Origin: Vicinamibacterales bacterium
Lineage (GTDB): Bacteria > Acidobacteriota > Vicinamibacteria > Vicinamibacterales > CAVVIG01
NCBI GenBank assembly: GCA_036497895.1
Contig: DASXIR010000365.1
Span: forward strand, 10,522 to 74,521
DNA: 64,000 bases
Direction: 5' to 3'
This document shows, one piece after another, positions 63,018 through 64,000 of this stretch. The notes beneath the pieces are model-generated. The model had not been told where the DNA came from. It saw only the letters and a program-made list of their open reading frames with translations, and ran no database searches. Both the position numbers and the translations under genes were made by a program. Each line of letters begins with the position of its first letter. Positions within the stretch are counted from its first letter, which is position 1.

Positions 63018-64000
63018 ATGAAGTTTTCTCCATCGGACCGGGTTTTCAAGAAAGCAGTGTGGGGCGCCAAGCTGACCTCGTCGGTGTTCCTGCTCTTGTT
63101 CGTGGCAGGACTGGCGTCGGATGCTTCGGCCGCTGACCGCCATGTTCGCGACGGCGCGAAGAAGAAGAACGGCGTGCCGGGCGCTAATCCCAGAAATTAC
63201 AAAATGGACGACGAGGTTACGCGTCGTTCGTCGCGTAACCCACTTCAAACCACCAGCGTGATCGTCACCCTCGTTCCCGGCGCTACCGTACCCGCCGAGT
63301 TCAAGCGATTTGCGCGCGCCGACAAACTCGACATCATCAATGGTGTCGTGCTCGACCTTCCGAACTACCTTCTTAAGAAGCTCGAAGCGCAACCGGACAT
63401 CTTCCAGATTCATTTTAATCGCCCGATCGCCGCGCACAACTACCGCACCGCCATCACGGTCGGCGCTCGCGTGGTCCAGAACACTCTCGGCTACACCGGC
63501 GCCGGCGTCGGCGTCGCGGTCATCGATTCCGGCGTGACCTCCTGGCACGACGACCTGACCAAGGGCAACTCGTATAAAACCTATCCCTACGGCAACCAGC
63601 GCGTCACCAAGTTCGTGGACTTCGTCAACGGACGCTCGCTGCCGTACGACGACAACGGTCACGGCTCGCACGTCGCCGGCACCATCCTCGGCAATGGTTA
63701 CGATTCGAACGGCGACAAGGCCGGCATCGCGCCGGGTGCGGCGCTGATCTCGCTCAAGGTGCTGGACGCCACCGGCGGCGGCAGCATCAGCAACATCATC
63801 GCCGCGCTGAACTGGGTGGCGCTCAACGCCAAGACCTACAACATCAGGGTCGTGAACATGTCGGTCGGCGCCGGCATCTACGAATCCTACTGGACGGATC
63901 CGCTGACCGTGGCCGCCAAGAAGGTCACCGACAAGGGCATCACCATCGTCGCTGCTGCCGGCAACCTCGGGAAGAACCTGCTGGGCGCCAAGCAGTACGG
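63018..64000 (+). CDS. Subtilisin-like S8 serine peptidase, N-terminal part (runs off 3' window edge; absent from ORF track)
   Basis: My own translation from ATG 63018 (AAGGA SD upstream) is open to the window end. It has signal peptide ..LLLFVAGLASDASA, a propeptide-like region, catalytic Asp VAVIDSGV, and catalytic His DDNGHGSHVAGT. Track ORF 62961..63671(-) is its shadow. Confidence 0.85.
   Translation, partial: MKFSPSDRVFKKAVWGAKLTSSVFLLLFVAGLASDASAADRHVRDGAKKKNGVPGANPRNYKMDDEVTRRSSRNPLQTTSVIVTLVPGATVPAEFKRFARADKLDIINGVVLDLPNYLLKKLEAQPDIFQIHFNRPIAAHNYRTAITVGARVVQNTLGYTGAGVGVAVIDSGVTSWHDDLTKGNSYKTYPYGNQRVTKFVDFVNGRSLPYDDNGHGSHVAGTILGNGYDSNGDKAGIAPGAALISLKVLDATGGGSISNIIAALNWVALNAKTYNIRVVNMSVGAGIYESYWTDPLTVAAKKVTDKGITIVAAAGNLGKNLLGAKQY

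Overview
The window is visibly GC-rich and densely coding on both strands. I call about 60 protein genes and recognise no rRNA, tRNA, CRISPR array, transposase, integrase or prophage. Diderm envelope genes are present: a TolC/HlyD/MFS efflux operon, AsmA, OMP beta-barrels, a TolB-like propeller and LepB. Together with a VWFA-type protein and many secreted proteins of unknown function, this suggests an Acidobacteriota-like chromosome; that is inference only.

Recognisable core genes include nhaA, ftsB, cutA, rnc, hutU, hutH, purA, lepB, rsmH, pepT, aspartate kinase, xth, a ferredoxin, trxC, two HtrA/DegP proteases and an OmpR-type two-component pair.

The ORF track contains many long GC-driven shadow ORFs and N-terminal over-extensions. 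I trimmed the over-extended starts using in-frame starts and signal peptides, supported where present by Shine-Dalgarno (SD) sites or ATGA start/stop overlaps. The track also misses an S8 protease that runs off the 3' edge, and it truncates xth.

The best candidate for an undescribed system is a tightly coupled three-gene cassette on the minus strand at 22818-25164. It encodes a secreted protein with a textbook LPRTG sorting signal, then a VWA/MIDAS protein, then a sortase, in an otherwise diderm context.

Other points worth a second look:
- a leaderless-looking, palindrome-controlled operon of a winged-helix-like protein and a PIMT-like methyltransferase
- a HutH with Ala-Ser-Cys in place of the Ala-Ser-Gly MIO triad, plus a 28-aa insertion
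- a heme-c/PHM-like copper monooxygenase fusion
- a module of unknown-function periplasmic and membrane paralogs
- RNase III with an extra N-terminal domain
- an RsgA lacking its OB fold, preceded by an octamer tandem repeat and a strongly SD-led mini-ORF
- a triple 11-mer repeat with a mini-uORF at the pepT start

All family names are from motif recognition and memory. No searches were run.
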